Shown here: piece by piece, positions 1-9,204 of the stretch
Layout: the number at the start of each line of letters is the position of its first letter
Numbering within the stretch: position 1 is the stretch's first letter
Virus record (IMG/VR): IMGVR_UViG_3300033074_001927
Coordinates: 1-64,000 of that record
Source of the DNA: a virus
Taxonomy: Duplodnaviria; Caudoviricetes
Strand: one strand, 5' to 3'
DNA length: 64,000 nucleotides
Notes under the pieces: generated by a model
Told to the model about the DNA's origin: nothing
Seen by the model: the letters and a program-made list of their open reading frames with translations, nothing else
Database searches by the model: none
Translations under genes and position numbers: made by a program

Positions 1-1
1 T

Positions 2-33
2 GCGGCGTAATAGCTGTGCGCCGCTAGTCTTTT
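2..33 (+). terminator. Possible intrinsic terminator
   Basis: GCGGCGTA-atagctg-TGCGCCGC hairpin (2-24) followed by TAGTCTTTT. Confidence 0.4.
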
Positions 34-88
34 ATACAGTCTCTTTGGGGTATAAGAAGTTAGAGCTTATGCTCTAGAAAGAGGACGA

Positions 89-787
89 ATGAGTAGGAAG
101 AGATCTGTATCAAGTCCAGAAACGCGCCACAAGACGAGGTCAGTTAGAAAGGAAATTGTTGTTACACCCAAGACACCCGGCCAGGAAGTTTACATTGATT
201 TGATAAAAGAGCACGATGTTGTTCTATGTTCTGGTCCTGCCGGCTGTGGTAAAACGCTGCTTGCTGTTGGAGTTGCGCTGCAACTAATGCAGGAAAATCC
301 AAACAAGTACAAGAAATTAGTAATGGTTAGACCGGCTCTTGTTGTTAAAGGCGAGGATATGGGGTTTTTGCCTGGCGATGCAGATGAGAAGATAGCGCCA
401 TTTTTACTTCCTCTAATGGACAGCTTGGGCGCTTTCCTTAATCAGGGAGAGATACAATCACTTGTGGACAGTGGTACAATAGATGCTATTCCAATGGCGT
501 TTATGCGCGGTATCACTTTACACAACTCCATCGTCATATTGGACGAGGCCCAAAATACTAGATGGGAACATATGAAAATGTTTCTTACTCGTATCGGAAA
601 CAACACTAAGGCTATCGTAGAGGGAGACATAGATCAAAGCGATCTGGATGGGCCACTTGCTCGCAATAACGGCCTAAAATTAGCCATGAATAAACTAAAA
701 GATGTTGATTGTGTTGGAACCATAAATTTAGGCGAAAAGGATGTAGTTAGGTCAGCAATCGTAAGAAAGCTTGTTAATTACCTATGA
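89..787 (+). CDS. phoH: PhoH-family ATPase
   Basis: PKTPGQ, GPAGCGKT Walker A, MGFLPGD, AFMRG, ILDEAQN, GDIDQSDL, DVVRS; GAGGA SD. Confidence 0.95.
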   Translation: MSRKRSVSSPETRHKTRSVRKEIVVTPKTPGQEVYIDLIKEHDVVLCSGPAGCGKTLLAVGVALQLMQENPNKYKKLVMVRPALVVKGEDMGFLPGDADEKIAPFLLPLMDSLGAFLNQGEIQSLVDSGTIDAIPMAFMRGITLHNSIVILDEAQNTRWEHMKMFLTRIGNNTKAIVEGDIDQSDLDGPLARNNGLKLAMNKLKDVDCVGTINLGEKDVVRSAIVRKLVNYL

Positions 788-1098
788 AATGCGCTATATG
801 GATGACTGTGCCAGAAAACAGATGGGTAAACGAAAGAAACGAGCCAATAAAATGGGATGTTTTTTCTAGTGCCCAATTTTTTATATGGGACAACACACTA
901 TATGTGTTTGGAGAACCGTCCTCTATAGAAAATTTTAATAAGCGCATTACCAGCTCTAGGAAGCCAGCAAGTATATTTGATATGTCTAATACGCTCAGGA
1001 TAGTCAATTCTGCAACATGGCGTACCGAAGCTGACCTTTATTCAGAAGTGCTGTTTATGACGCGCAACAGACAGCCATATATTTTTGCGGCCTCATAG
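784..1098 (+). CDS. Hypothetical protein
   Basis: ATGA overlap with phoH stop. Confidence 0.7.
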   Translation: MKCAIWMTVPENRWVNERNEPIKWDVFSSAQFFIWDNTLYVFGEPSSIENFNKRITSSRKPASIFDMSNTLRIVNSATWRTEADLYSEVLFMTRNRQPYIFAAS

Positions 1099-1100
1099 AC

Positions 1101-1214
1101 ATGGAAGACGATATAGATTTGTCTTGCAACAAGTGCTGCGAATGCGGGACTGAAATTTCCTCACTGCAGATAATTTGCGCCAAATGCTTTACTGAGCGCC
1201 AAGGCTCTTCTTAA
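1101..1214 (+). CDS. Small Cys-rich (zinc-finger-like) protein, 37 aa, not in ORF track
   Basis: MEDDIDLSCNKCCECGTEISSLQIICAKCFTERQGSS; fills the gap between neighbours. Confidence 0.55.
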   Translation: MEDDIDLSCNKCCECGTEISSLQIICAKCFTERQGSS

Positions 1215-1215
1215 A

Positions 1216-1416
1216 ATGAACCTGCAATTCCTTATTTGTGGCGACAAAAAGCGCATATTAGTCAGGCCGGACAGATTGCCCATAACACGCCGAGCCCTCC
1301 GCATCTATGACAAACATTTGTTTAAGTATGAATGGTGGGAAACTAAATGGTATTACCACATGCTGTGGTTTAATGCCTGGGTGGCGGACAAAAAACCAAG
1401 AAGGAAAAAGAAATGA
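1216..1416 (+). CDS. Hypothetical protein
   Basis: Operon-like packing, ATGA overlap with next gene. Confidence 0.6.
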   Translation: MNLQFLICGDKKRILVRPDRLPITRRALRIYDKHLFKYEWWETKWYYHMLWFNAWVADKKPRRKKK

Positions 1417-1700
1417 AAACAAATGTTGGTGACACAATTTGTCTCAGGCTGTCAATCATCAATCCAGAAATGTCAAAAGACATCTTGCAAAACTTCCTAG
1501 ACACTATGCAAACAGGAGATGGATTTTGTGGAACAAAATTGACGGCTATTGCTCGCCATGATATTTTTAACCAGAACAACAGACTTAATAAAGAAATTAA
1601 TGCCCTAATAGAGTTTATCGACGATCATGTTATGTCGATGCTTGATGATAAAATGGCTGCTGTGCTAGAAAAAATAATTGATGGCAAGGAAACTTACTAA
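1413..1700 (+). CDS. Hypothetical protein
   Basis: Overlapping start/stop with both neighbours. Confidence 0.7.
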   Translation: MKTNVGDTICLRLSIINPEMSKDILQNFLDTMQTGDGFCGTKLTAIARHDIFNQNNRLNKEINALIEFIDDHVMSMLDDKMAAVLEKIIDGKETY

Positions 1701-2248
1701 TGATCAGATTTATCATATTGAAGTTTGGATATGCCGAAGATGCTAGTAATGAATGTAGTATATTTGAGTTTGTTGGAGAAAAAAATAATAAAGTTTTTCC
1801 TTCTACGCCACTAGAGGCTATTTCGTCTCTTGCCAACGGTTTTCTTGGCATATACAATGAAGAGTACAAACATTCTAGTAGAAGCTTTGATATATGGACC
1901 TATAGAGACTGGCTTATCTCAGTCAATACCGGAGTAGTAGACAACTCTAGAGTAAACGATGATGTGCAGATTGGTCCCTGGCGCCTCTGGCCACGTATAG
2001 CCGATGTGCTTTCTGCGAAACCAGAATGTTTCGCTGTTGTTGAAGAAAGCGCAGAAGACATATTGATTCTAACAACTTCGCCAGAATTGGCTGATTCTAT
2101 GTCCGCAAACAGAGATGGAAGCCAGTTTAGAGCTTGGCGAGAAAGATGTATAAAAGACGCAATCAAGTATAGGTTTAATGGCGCTGAAACTTCCTATGCA
2201 GATATAATGGCAGATCGACTGAATGACTGGAAAGATGTTAGACGATAA
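1700..2248 (+). CDS. Hypothetical protein
   Basis: TAATG coupling, AAGGA SD. Confidence 0.7.
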   Translation: MIRFIILKFGYAEDASNECSIFEFVGEKNNKVFPSTPLEAISSLANGFLGIYNEEYKHSSRSFDIWTYRDWLISVNTGVVDNSRVNDDVQIGPWRLWPRIADVLSAKPECFAVVEESAEDILILTTSPELADSMSANRDGSQFRAWRERCIKDAIKYRFNGAETSYADIMADRLNDWKDVRR

Positions 2249-3065
2249 TTTTTACATCCTGTTTAGGGAAGAAAATAGGGAACAGGTAGAGGAAAGGGCT
2301 ATTGCCGCCCAATATTTTGCCACCGCCACGGTGCGTGAACATTTGGGCGGTTTGTCGCCTGGCACGGTTATTGCGCGCTATAGCGCCCTTCCGTACTATA
2401 GAGAGGTGGAAGGCGGCATAAATTATTCGGGGCATCGCCTTATTAATAGCGCAAGTGACCACGAATGGATAGCTGAAGCTAGATGGTTAGACGTTTTACC
2501 AGACGGCCTGACCTCTCCTACCTGTTCTTTGGAGGATTTTTACAAGTGGCAGCATAGAGACTCTCCGCCCTTCATCCTGAAGGGGCGCACAAATTCCGCC
2601 AAATGGAAGTGGGCCACGCACATGTTTGCACCAACAACAAAGGCTGCCATATCTATGGGACATGAATTGTCTACTGACGCCTTTCTTGGCCCTCAAGGAA
2701 TTGTTGTGCGCAAATATATACCATTTGTAACCTATGAATATGGAATAAATGGCCTGCCATTCACTAATGAATGGAGATTGTTTTGTTATAAAGATAGTAT
2801 TTTTGCATGCACGTATTATTGGGATGTAGCCTCGGACGAGACAAAGGCGCGCGCTCATATAAACGAAGAAGCGATAGATTTCGCTGAAAATATAGCAAAG
2901 ATTGCGCGCGACTGTACTACATTTTATACGCTAGACATAGCCCAGGCAATAGACGGCAAGTGGTGGCTTGTAGAAATAAATGATGGTCAGATGAGTGGTC
3001 TAAACGGACTAGATCCACATGTGTATTATAATAGCTTGAAGGACTGTTTGAAAAATGAAAGCTAG
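2223..3065 (+). CDS. ATP-grasp domain protein (R2K-clade-like)
   Basis: PFILKG..NS.K, NEWRLF, FYTLDIA..DGKWWLVEINDGQMSG ATP-grasp motifs; start may be the second Met. Confidence 0.8.
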   Translation: MTGKMLDDNFYILFREENREQVEERAIAAQYFATATVREHLGGLSPGTVIARYSALPYYREVEGGINYSGHRLINSASDHEWIAEARWLDVLPDGLTSPTCSLEDFYKWQHRDSPPFILKGRTNSAKWKWATHMFAPTTKAAISMGHELSTDAFLGPQGIVVRKYIPFVTYEYGINGLPFTNEWRLFCYKDSIFACTYYWDVASDETKARAHINEEAIDFAENIAKIARDCTTFYTLDIAQAIDGKWWLVEINDGQMSGLNGLDPHVYYNSLKDCLKNES

Positions 3066-3447
3066 TGTTGGCGACAAGTTCTGGTATGTGCCAGGATATT
3101 ATGGCGAACAACTTATTGCCATACTATGTGCGGTAGAAGAAATAGATGAAATGGGCCTGCTTTGGGTTGACGAGCCGGTTGGGCACGGGCTACACTATAG
3201 CGAAGTTTTTGCAAAAAAAGAAGATGCTATTGCGGCTCTTTTAGAGCGGCACAGTATGTGCGACAATGAATTGACTGAGGCTAGCAAATACGTCACGCTT
3301 AGTGACTTTAGAAAAGAATCCATAAATTTTATTGCTTCAACTCACACAAATGCCGGATATATCTTTGATCCTCCTACATATAGGGAAAAGACTGCTGGCT
3401 CCGAGTGGCTAAACGTGTCGATGGCTTCTGTTTACATTAAAACATAA
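3055..3447 (+). CDS. Hypothetical protein
   Basis: Overlaps upstream stop; packed in operon. Confidence 0.7.
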   Translation: MKASVGDKFWYVPGYYGEQLIAILCAVEEIDEMGLLWVDEPVGHGLHYSEVFAKKEDAIAALLERHSMCDNELTEASKYVTLSDFRKESINFIASTHTNAGYIFDPPTYREKTAGSEWLNVSMASVYIKT

Positions 3448-3462
3448 CATAAGGAATCTAAG

Positions 3463-3903
3463 ATGCATAATAAATATCCCTTCACACATTGGCTAGTAAT
3501 TGGCGACTGGTCAAATGACGGCCACAATCATAAAGAATTTATTAGTTTGAGCTGTACGCATGACGAGGGTGCCGTTAAAAGGGCCTATATTGATGCGTGT
3601 AAAAAAGGAAATGTTTCTCTACATGAGGAAAGTGGTTGTCAGGTAATTTGCTGCGATTATGAAGATTGTAAAATAGCGCCGGAAGCGCTACAAGCATTAG
3701 CAGATCTTGGAGTAAATACAGAATTATTGGAAGCCGCATATGTTAGTCCGCATGACATTGTTACTATTTTTGCAGAAATGGTAAAAACACAAATCAATAA
3801 TTTTGAATATAAAGTAGATGAGAGCTTTCGACCTCCAACACTTAACGGCTTCTGGTCAAAAGATTTTAATCATCAATTTGGCTATGGAGTCTTTTTAGAT
3901 TAG
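3463..3903 (+). CDS. Hypothetical phage protein
   Basis: TAAGGA SD; IGDWSNDGH motif, C-terminal GYGVF. Confidence 0.75.
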   Translation: MHNKYPFTHWLVIGDWSNDGHNHKEFISLSCTHDEGAVKRAYIDACKKGNVSLHEESGCQVICCDYEDCKIAPEALQALADLGVNTELLEAAYVSPHDIVTIFAEMVKTQINNFEYKVDESFRPPTLNGFWSKDFNHQFGYGVFLD

Positions 3904-3914
3904 GCTATAAGTAA

Positions 3915-4100
3915 ATGATTCAATATATCAATGATCTCTGCCTAGTTCAGTGCTACGCGTGTGGCGGCTTTGGAAAGGCATATTGTGAACAAGCTGTGCC
4001 GCAATATTTTGCGTGCGAGTATTGCGATGGGCGCGGCTACTTGTATGCGAACATAAACAGAGTTCAATCAAACGTGGTTATAAAAAATGATAGCATATAA
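3915..4100 (+). CDS. Small zinc-finger protein (CxxCxGxG x2)
   Basis: CYACGGFG and CEYCDGRG. Confidence 0.65.
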   Translation: MIQYINDLCLVQCYACGGFGKAYCEQAVPQYFACEYCDGRGYLYANINRVQSNVVIKNDSI

Positions 4101-4389
4101 ATTGTTTAGGGTAAGAAAAGACGGAAGTATTGGCTCACTGTTTATAAATAGAAGGGAGAGACTGCCGATTAATAAGTGGCTATCTGCAAAGCCATACCCG
4201 ACAAAAGGTTATGCATATAGGCCGTATTGGCACTGCACCTCAGGTCCAACAGCGCCACACTTGTCAAAAAATGGCAGGGCATGGTACAAAGTGCAAATTA
4301 AAAATTACTCAGCGCTGGATAGGCCTGAGGCGCAGGGTGGTCTATGGTATCTTGCTTCGTCTATAAAAATAATTGAAAAGATTTCTTAA
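4087..4389 (+). CDS. Hypothetical phage protein
   Basis: AYKLFR..KDG...SLFIN, RPYWHC, QGGLWYLA; packed in operon. Confidence 0.75.
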   Translation: MIAYKLFRVRKDGSIGSLFINRRERLPINKWLSAKPYPTKGYAYRPYWHCTSGPTAPHLSKNGRAWYKVQIKNYSALDRPEAQGGLWYLASSIKIIEKIS

Positions 4390-4397
4390 TTCTTTAT

Positions 4398-4470
4398 TGT
4401 CCCGTAGTTTAATTGGCTAAAACAGTGGGCTTTGAACCCGCAATTCACAGTTCGAGTCTGTGCGGGACTG
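4398..4470 (+). tRNA. tRNA-Gln (anticodon TTG), no encoded CCA
   Basis: Acceptor (T)GTCCCG/CGGGAC(T)+G73, D arm GTTT..AAAC, anticodon arm GTGGG-CTTTGAA-CCCGC, T arm CACAG-TTCGAGT-CTGTG. Confidence 0.9.
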
Positions 4471-4485
4471 TAGGAGATTTGTGAC

Positions 4486-4641
4486 ATGAATAAAAATCAT
4501 ATTCTTGATTATATAGAGGACTCTCTGGCCAGCATGGATGACTTGCCACACGAAGATTGTGACAAGATACATTCGTTAGCGTTTAGTCTACTAGACCACG
4601 TTAGGTGTGGCGGTACAATATCTGATTTTATAATGAATTAA
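4486..4641 (+). CDS. Small hypothetical protein, 51 aa, between the tRNAs, not in ORF track
   Basis: AGGAG SD at 4472-4476; MNKNHILDYIEDSLAS...DFIMN. Confidence 0.55.
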   Translation: MNKNHILDYIEDSLASMDDLPHEDCDKIHSLAFSLLDHVRCGGTISDFIMN

Positions 4642-4650
4642 GTTAGTTTG

Positions 4651-4726
4651 CGGGCGATGGACTAATTGGATAAGTCTCCTGTTTTGGAAACAGGACATCA
4701 TGTGGGTTCGAGTCCCACTCGCCCGA
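4651..4726 (+). tRNA. tRNA-Pro (anticodon TGG), no encoded CCA
   Basis: Acceptor CGGGCGA/TCGCCCG+A73, D arm GACT..AGTC, anticodon arm CCTGT-TTTGGAA-ACAGG, T arm GTGGG-TTCGAGT-CCCAC. Confidence 0.92.
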
Positions 4727-4739
4727 AAGAAAGGCTTCC

Positions 4740-5468
4740 ATGATTGATTGTATTCCTGAAAAATACAGGAGCCGTCTGCTTTACCTTGGCAAGGGTGGCT
4801 CTATTGCTTATGGCACTAGCGGTCCTGATTCCGATATTGATTTGCGTGGCGTTTATTTACCGACTAAGCGCGACTTGTTGCTACATGGTGGTGAAAAAGC
4901 TTATAGCTCTGTAGCAAATGGCAACGATGTTGTGTTGTGGGAATTAAGGCATTTTATTGCCCTAGCAGTCAAGGGCTGTCCATCGGCTTTAGAGCTTCTA
5001 TTCTATCCATCCGATGTTGAAGTATTCTCAACAGACGGATGGAAAAAATTATGTGACATTCGCTCATGCTTTCTTGGCAAACATTTGCAAAAAACTCTTG
5101 GAGGCTTCGCAAACAGCGACATAAGGGCAATAAAGGACGGGAAAAGCTCCAGATGCGGATCAAAAGGCGCCGAGCTAATTAAACTATTTGGCTATAACAC
5201 AAAGCACGCCGCAAACGCCATCCGACTGCTTTACATGTCGAATGAAGTTGTTACAAATCGCACACTGCCAGTTCGCCTCCCGGGCTGGATGGCGAATGAA
5301 TGTAAGGCCATTAAAAATGGATTCTATACGAAAGACGAGTTTTTGAAGAACGCAGAAAGCATATGTAATATTGTAGATGAGCTATATGGATTAAGCGACA
5401 TGGCAAAAGTGGCCAGTAGCGAAACCGTATACGATGTAGCAGAAGACATAATATTTATGTCGTCGTAA
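4740..5468 (+). CDS. DNA polymerase beta superfamily nucleotidyltransferase (RlaP/YcgL/T4 NrdC.11-like)
   Basis: GGSIAYGT..PDSDIDLRGVY, WELRHF..L..KG.P..LELL, GYNTKHA.NAIRLL. Confidence 0.88.
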   Translation: MIDCIPEKYRSRLLYLGKGGSIAYGTSGPDSDIDLRGVYLPTKRDLLLHGGEKAYSSVANGNDVVLWELRHFIALAVKGCPSALELLFYPSDVEVFSTDGWKKLCDIRSCFLGKHLQKTLGGFANSDIRAIKDGKSSRCGSKGAELIKLFGYNTKHAANAIRLLYMSNEVVTNRTLPVRLPGWMANECKAIKNGFYTKDEFLKNAESICNIVDELYGLSDMAKVASSETVYDVAEDIIFMSS

Positions 5469-7131
5469 ACTCTCCAGTACAGGCTGTTGACGTTAAATAT
5501 TCGCCGCTAGCCGCTGATCCAGCAGCGTTTTCTCCAATCGCCATTCCCCTCCAGCCAGCGTAACTATGATCGTTTACATCACCAACAGCCTGCTGCAAAA
5601 GAGCTGGATTTTGCAGCAGGTCACTGCCAACATCTCCAATGTGCGCAAACAATGAAGCAAAGTCCTTAAGTAAGCTATTTACGCCATCGCCAACTTGAAC
5701 TCCAATAAGGCTTTGTTTATACAAAAACGTATAAATTTCTCCAACATAAGACTGTTCCGGGTCTGCTGGAAAGCTTCCTGTAATTTCTGGATTTTCCCAA
5801 CTTATGCTTATGGCGCCATTACCGCCGGCAGACCCGTCTCCAACATTTCCGGATGTCGCATATCCGCCTCCGCCGCCTCCGCCTGGGAGAGATCCAGCGG
5901 TAGACCCGGCCCCTCCATCTCCGTCTCCGCCAGCTCCTCCATCTGGAGTGCCTCCAAAGCCTCCATTAATGATTGTGCCATCAAGTCCGGCGCCGCTAGC
6001 TCCTGCACCTCCGCCGCCACCGCCACCATAAACATCAACTTCAGATAAATACGTTCCGGTCTCTCCGACAGAACCGTCTCCTCCATCGTATTTTACTGAC
6101 CCGATACTATCGGAAGCCAGGCCTCCAATTCCGCCGTAATTATTTACGCCAGAAGAGCCTGGATTTCCGCCAACGGCAATTACGCTACCTTCAAAATATG
6201 TTGATTGTCCACTGCCTGGCGCCGTAGACACGTCTCCACCAACACCGCCGCTACCAACATATAGCGTATATGTTTGCCCAGGAGTTACGGCAACGACTGC
6301 CTGCGAAAACGCTCCTCCTCCGCCCCCTCCGCCCGCATACAGATATGCGTCGAGCGAATCCTGTTCCCAATATCCTCTAGCTCCGCCGCCACCGCCGCCC
6401 CAGGCTCTGACGGTTATCTGAGTCACTCCATCGGGCGCGGTCCATGTTGACTCGCCAGGTGAGTTAAAGTCTTGTATCGACTCTCCCCATTCTATTATTA
6501 CTAGACCGCCTGCTCCGGCCCCATATCCTGCGCCTCCTCCTCCAGGAAAAACTCCATGAGCATCTCCTGGTGTCGCAGATGACGCGTCACCGCCGTTCCC
6601 GCCATCTGGCGCTCCACCGGAGCCTCCGGCACCATTAGACGTGCCTCCCTGGCCTTGAGATCCGGCTCCAGCAGAGCCGGCGCCGCCGCCACCGCCACCT
6701 CTGTATGGAAGATATGAGTCAATACCTCCACCAACTCCGCCTCCGTATACTACGCTTCCAATACAATTTAATACATTTCCTGCAGCTCCACCAGGAGCTG
6801 TTGACCCACCACTAACAGGCTCTCTGCCATAATCGGCCCTGACGAGTGGAGTCCCGCCAGCAAGCCACCCGGTCTCTGTTATAAAAAAAGTGTAAGGATC
6901 TCCCGCTCCTTGAACCGCTACATTTACCTTGTATACAACTCCTGGCTCAACGGCAACAACATCTTCCGCATAGGCGCCTCCTCCGCCACCTCCGGCAGGA
7001 ACAGAGTTTTGCCACCCATTACCTCCTCTGCCCCAGCATTGTACGCGGGCCTGGGTAATGCCGGTAGGGCACACCCACACATCTCGTCCTCCGTAATATC
7101 CAGTAACTCCATCAAAATACGCTTGAGGCAT
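5455..7131 (-). CDS. Glycine-rich virion/fibre-like protein with two tandem Gly-rich domains
   Basis: Duplicated unit W.(C/A)P.G(I/V)TQ..V..WG.GG.G ... GGGGGA(Y/F)...VVAV.PG..Y; long poly-Gly tracts. Confidence 0.75.
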   Translation of the reverse strand: MPQAYFDGVTGYYGGRDVWVCPTGITQARVQCWGRGGNGWQNSVPAGGGGGGAYAEDVVAVEPGVVYKVNVAVQGAGDPYTFFITETGWLAGGTPLVRADYGREPVSGGSTAPGGAAGNVLNCIGSVVYGGGVGGGIDSYLPYRGGGGGGAGSAGAGSQGQGGTSNGAGGSGGAPDGGNGGDASSATPGDAHGVFPGGGGAGYGAGAGGLVIIEWGESIQDFNSPGESTWTAPDGVTQITVRAWGGGGGGARGYWEQDSLDAYLYAGGGGGGGAFSQAVVAVTPGQTYTLYVGSGGVGGDVSTAPGSGQSTYFEGSVIAVGGNPGSSGVNNYGGIGGLASDSIGSVKYDGGDGSVGETGTYLSEVDVYGGGGGGGAGASGAGLDGTIINGGFGGTPDGGAGGDGDGGAGSTAGSLPGGGGGGGYATSGNVGDGSAGGNGAISISWENPEITGSFPADPEQSYVGEIYTFLYKQSLIGVQVGDGVNSLLKDFASLFAHIGDVGSDLLQNPALLQQAVGDVNDHSYAGWRGMAIGENAAGSAASGEYLTSTACTGEFTTT

Positions 7132-7138
7132 GTTGCGC

Positions 7139-8788
7139 CTAGTATATGTAAGGAGCTATGGATATGATGTCTCCATTAAGAAATCCAGCCATATTAACAT
7201 CCACGTTATGCTCACTTCCATCTGCTTCAAAATTAAACATTATTGTGCCAGAGGCAGTGCCCTGAGATGCTTCCGTCAGGTTAGCAAGCTGTCCAGTTTG
7301 ACTTGCCGGATATTCTATATCTGATACATTTCTGTATAGTTGCAGAGTTCCGCTACCGCCAACAAATAGTGCCCTTACGTTAGTCGCATCATCTGCTGTT
7401 GCAGTAATTCCATTTAATATTGCTGTTGAATAGCCTATTGTTCCACCCGTAGGCAGTACAGTAGAAGCTGGGAAATTTCCAGACCCATCGTCCTCTGCAT
7501 AGTATCCAGAACCGCTTATAGTTATTTCGATAGCTACGCTTCCAGGTTTTATTGGACTTACGCTTAACGGAGATGTGGATAGGTCAAAAGTTGCAGGGCC
7601 GCCACTAATTGTTCCAAGTCGTTGGTGCCAGGCTTTATTAGCCCTAAAATTCAGTCTCACCCTATTAATCAGTGGACCTGTTATTGACAACACTTCTGCT
7701 GTAGGTATACACTGGACTAGTCCTGCCTCGTCTGGGCGTGGCAGCCAATTTCTGTTACTAGATACATTATTTGACGGTATAGAATGGGAGATAGTAGATC
7801 CTCCTCCGCTATAGTTTGGCTGTCCAACACTATTTCCTAACAGTGAACCAGTCCCATTGTATCTCATTACTACTGTGGGCGTTGATGCAACAGTCCTAGA
7901 TGTGGAAACATGAATATAAATAGTTGGTGAAAAACCAACCGCCTCTATCTGATCAATAACCGGACCATATACTCCAGCCAGCGAGTTAAGCGACGCAAAA
8001 TATGACCCAGTTATCATAGTTGAAGTTCTTTCGGTTACAACTCCTAAATTATTTACACTCCATGATCGTAAAAGGGTTGAAGAAATAATTATGAGCTCAT
8101 CTGTGTCTGGATCTACAAATGCAATAAGCCCATTTTGTGTATTAAAGTGTCCTGCAGACACCGTAGCAAAAGTAGCGCTTGTATTTAAATTTATTATACG
8201 TATACTAATTCCGTTTGTTACTCCTAGGCCAAACGGCGTGCCGTTCCATGTGCACGCTCCACCAAATCCGCTAATTCCTGCAAAATTTAGCAAAGAATTA
8301 GTGCCAGTTTCTGGATTCATTGCAACATGCTCAGTGCCATTTCCTACAACATGTACTATGCCATTATTTATTGCAACGCCACCAATATCGTACGCACCAC
8401 CCCATGATACGGACTGTTCGCTCCAGGCTATTCCATCTGTTGATTTAGCCATCCTAACAAGGTTGCCTGCGCTTGCATATATGACGCACAGGTGTCTACC
8501 AATAACTACCGGCCCATAAATATTAGATCCGGTCACTGCTGCGGCATATGTGTGGCGCAAAACGCCAGTTTTACCGTCTGTAATAGACGTGTATATGCCG
8601 TCTTGTGCCGAATATACAATCATTCCATTGTAATAAATAATTCTATTCTTATTGGCTATGCCGGAAGATATGAACGTGGTGGTGCTGCCACCTGGCTGGC
8701 CGACAACGTCTACCGTTCCACCAGTATAGTTTAATATGTTTAGTGTGCCGCCATTATTGGCGTCTAGAGCTAGAAAACTAGATGGCAT
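7139..8788 (-). CDS. Putative virion structural protein (beta-rich, S/G/T-rich)
   Basis: AGGAGG SD; 549 aa with a propeller-like N half and very low charge. Confidence 0.65.
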   Translation of the reverse strand: MPSSFLALDANNGGTLNILNYTGGTVDVVGQPGGSTTTFISSGIANKNRIIYYNGMIVYSAQDGIYTSITDGKTGVLRHTYAAAVTGSNIYGPVVIGRHLCVIYASAGNLVRMAKSTDGIAWSEQSVSWGGAYDIGGVAINNGIVHVVGNGTEHVAMNPETGTNSLLNFAGISGFGGACTWNGTPFGLGVTNGISIRIINLNTSATFATVSAGHFNTQNGLIAFVDPDTDELIIISSTLLRSWSVNNLGVVTERTSTMITGSYFASLNSLAGVYGPVIDQIEAVGFSPTIYIHVSTSRTVASTPTVVMRYNGTGSLLGNSVGQPNYSGGGSTISHSIPSNNVSSNRNWLPRPDEAGLVQCIPTAEVLSITGPLINRVRLNFRANKAWHQRLGTISGGPATFDLSTSPLSVSPIKPGSVAIEITISGSGYYAEDDGSGNFPASTVLPTGGTIGYSTAILNGITATADDATNVRALFVGGSGTLQLYRNVSDIEYPASQTGQLANLTEASQGTASGTIMFNFEADGSEHNVDVNMAGFLNGDIISIAPYIY

Positions 8789-8796
8789 TTAGCCTC

Positions 8797-9171
8797 CTAT
8801 GCAAGGAACCAGTATCCGACAACAGAATGAGAAGTCCAAGTTCCATTATATTTTCTTAATTGTATAGATGAACCTACGCCGCTACCTTCTATACCTATAG
8901 CTGAAGATGTTAAAGTTGACAGTCTAATCTCATCTAGTCCAGACGGCTCTATTCTAAATAGACCAGTTTCTCCAACAGAAAAGTTAAAAATATCTCCGTC
9001 TTCAGACTCAGGCAATACAACAGTATGCTGCCCCAGCGACACATATGTTGAGCAGCCGCCACCCTCTGTCAGCTCCATAAATCCGCTTACGTATACAATC
9101 TCTGTATCGCAGGAAGCGTTACCTCCGCCACCACCACCACCAATAGAAAATGGCAAATATACAAAACTCAT
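8797..9171 (-). CDS. Putative tail-fibre-associated small virion protein
   Basis: GGAGG SD; Gly linker; TVVLP...DGDIF.F, IQLR.YNGTW resemble fibre-associated domains. Confidence 0.6.
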   Translation of the reverse strand: MSFVYLPFSIGGGGGGGNASCDTEIVYVSGFMELTEGGGCSTYVSLGQHTVVLPESEDGDIFNFSVGETGLFRIEPSGLDEIRLSTLTSSAIGIEGSGVGSSIQLRKYNGTWTSHSVVGYWFLA

Positions 9172-9194
9172 TTGCGCCTCCGGTGCTCAAGGAA

Positions 9195-9202
9195 TAATAC
9201 AC
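9195..9202 (-). promoter_or_regulatory. Candidate phage late promoter element GTGTATTA
   Basis: 24-31 nt upstream of the first gene of a virion-like block; similar motif at 19582-19589. Confidence 0.35.
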
Positions 9203-9204
9203 TT

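Noticed and set aside
5695-6734. Pro-rich and other alternative-frame ORFs (5695-6048, 5804-6031, 5808-6086, 6501-6734)
   Set aside because: Shadows of the poly-Gly codons of 5455-7131
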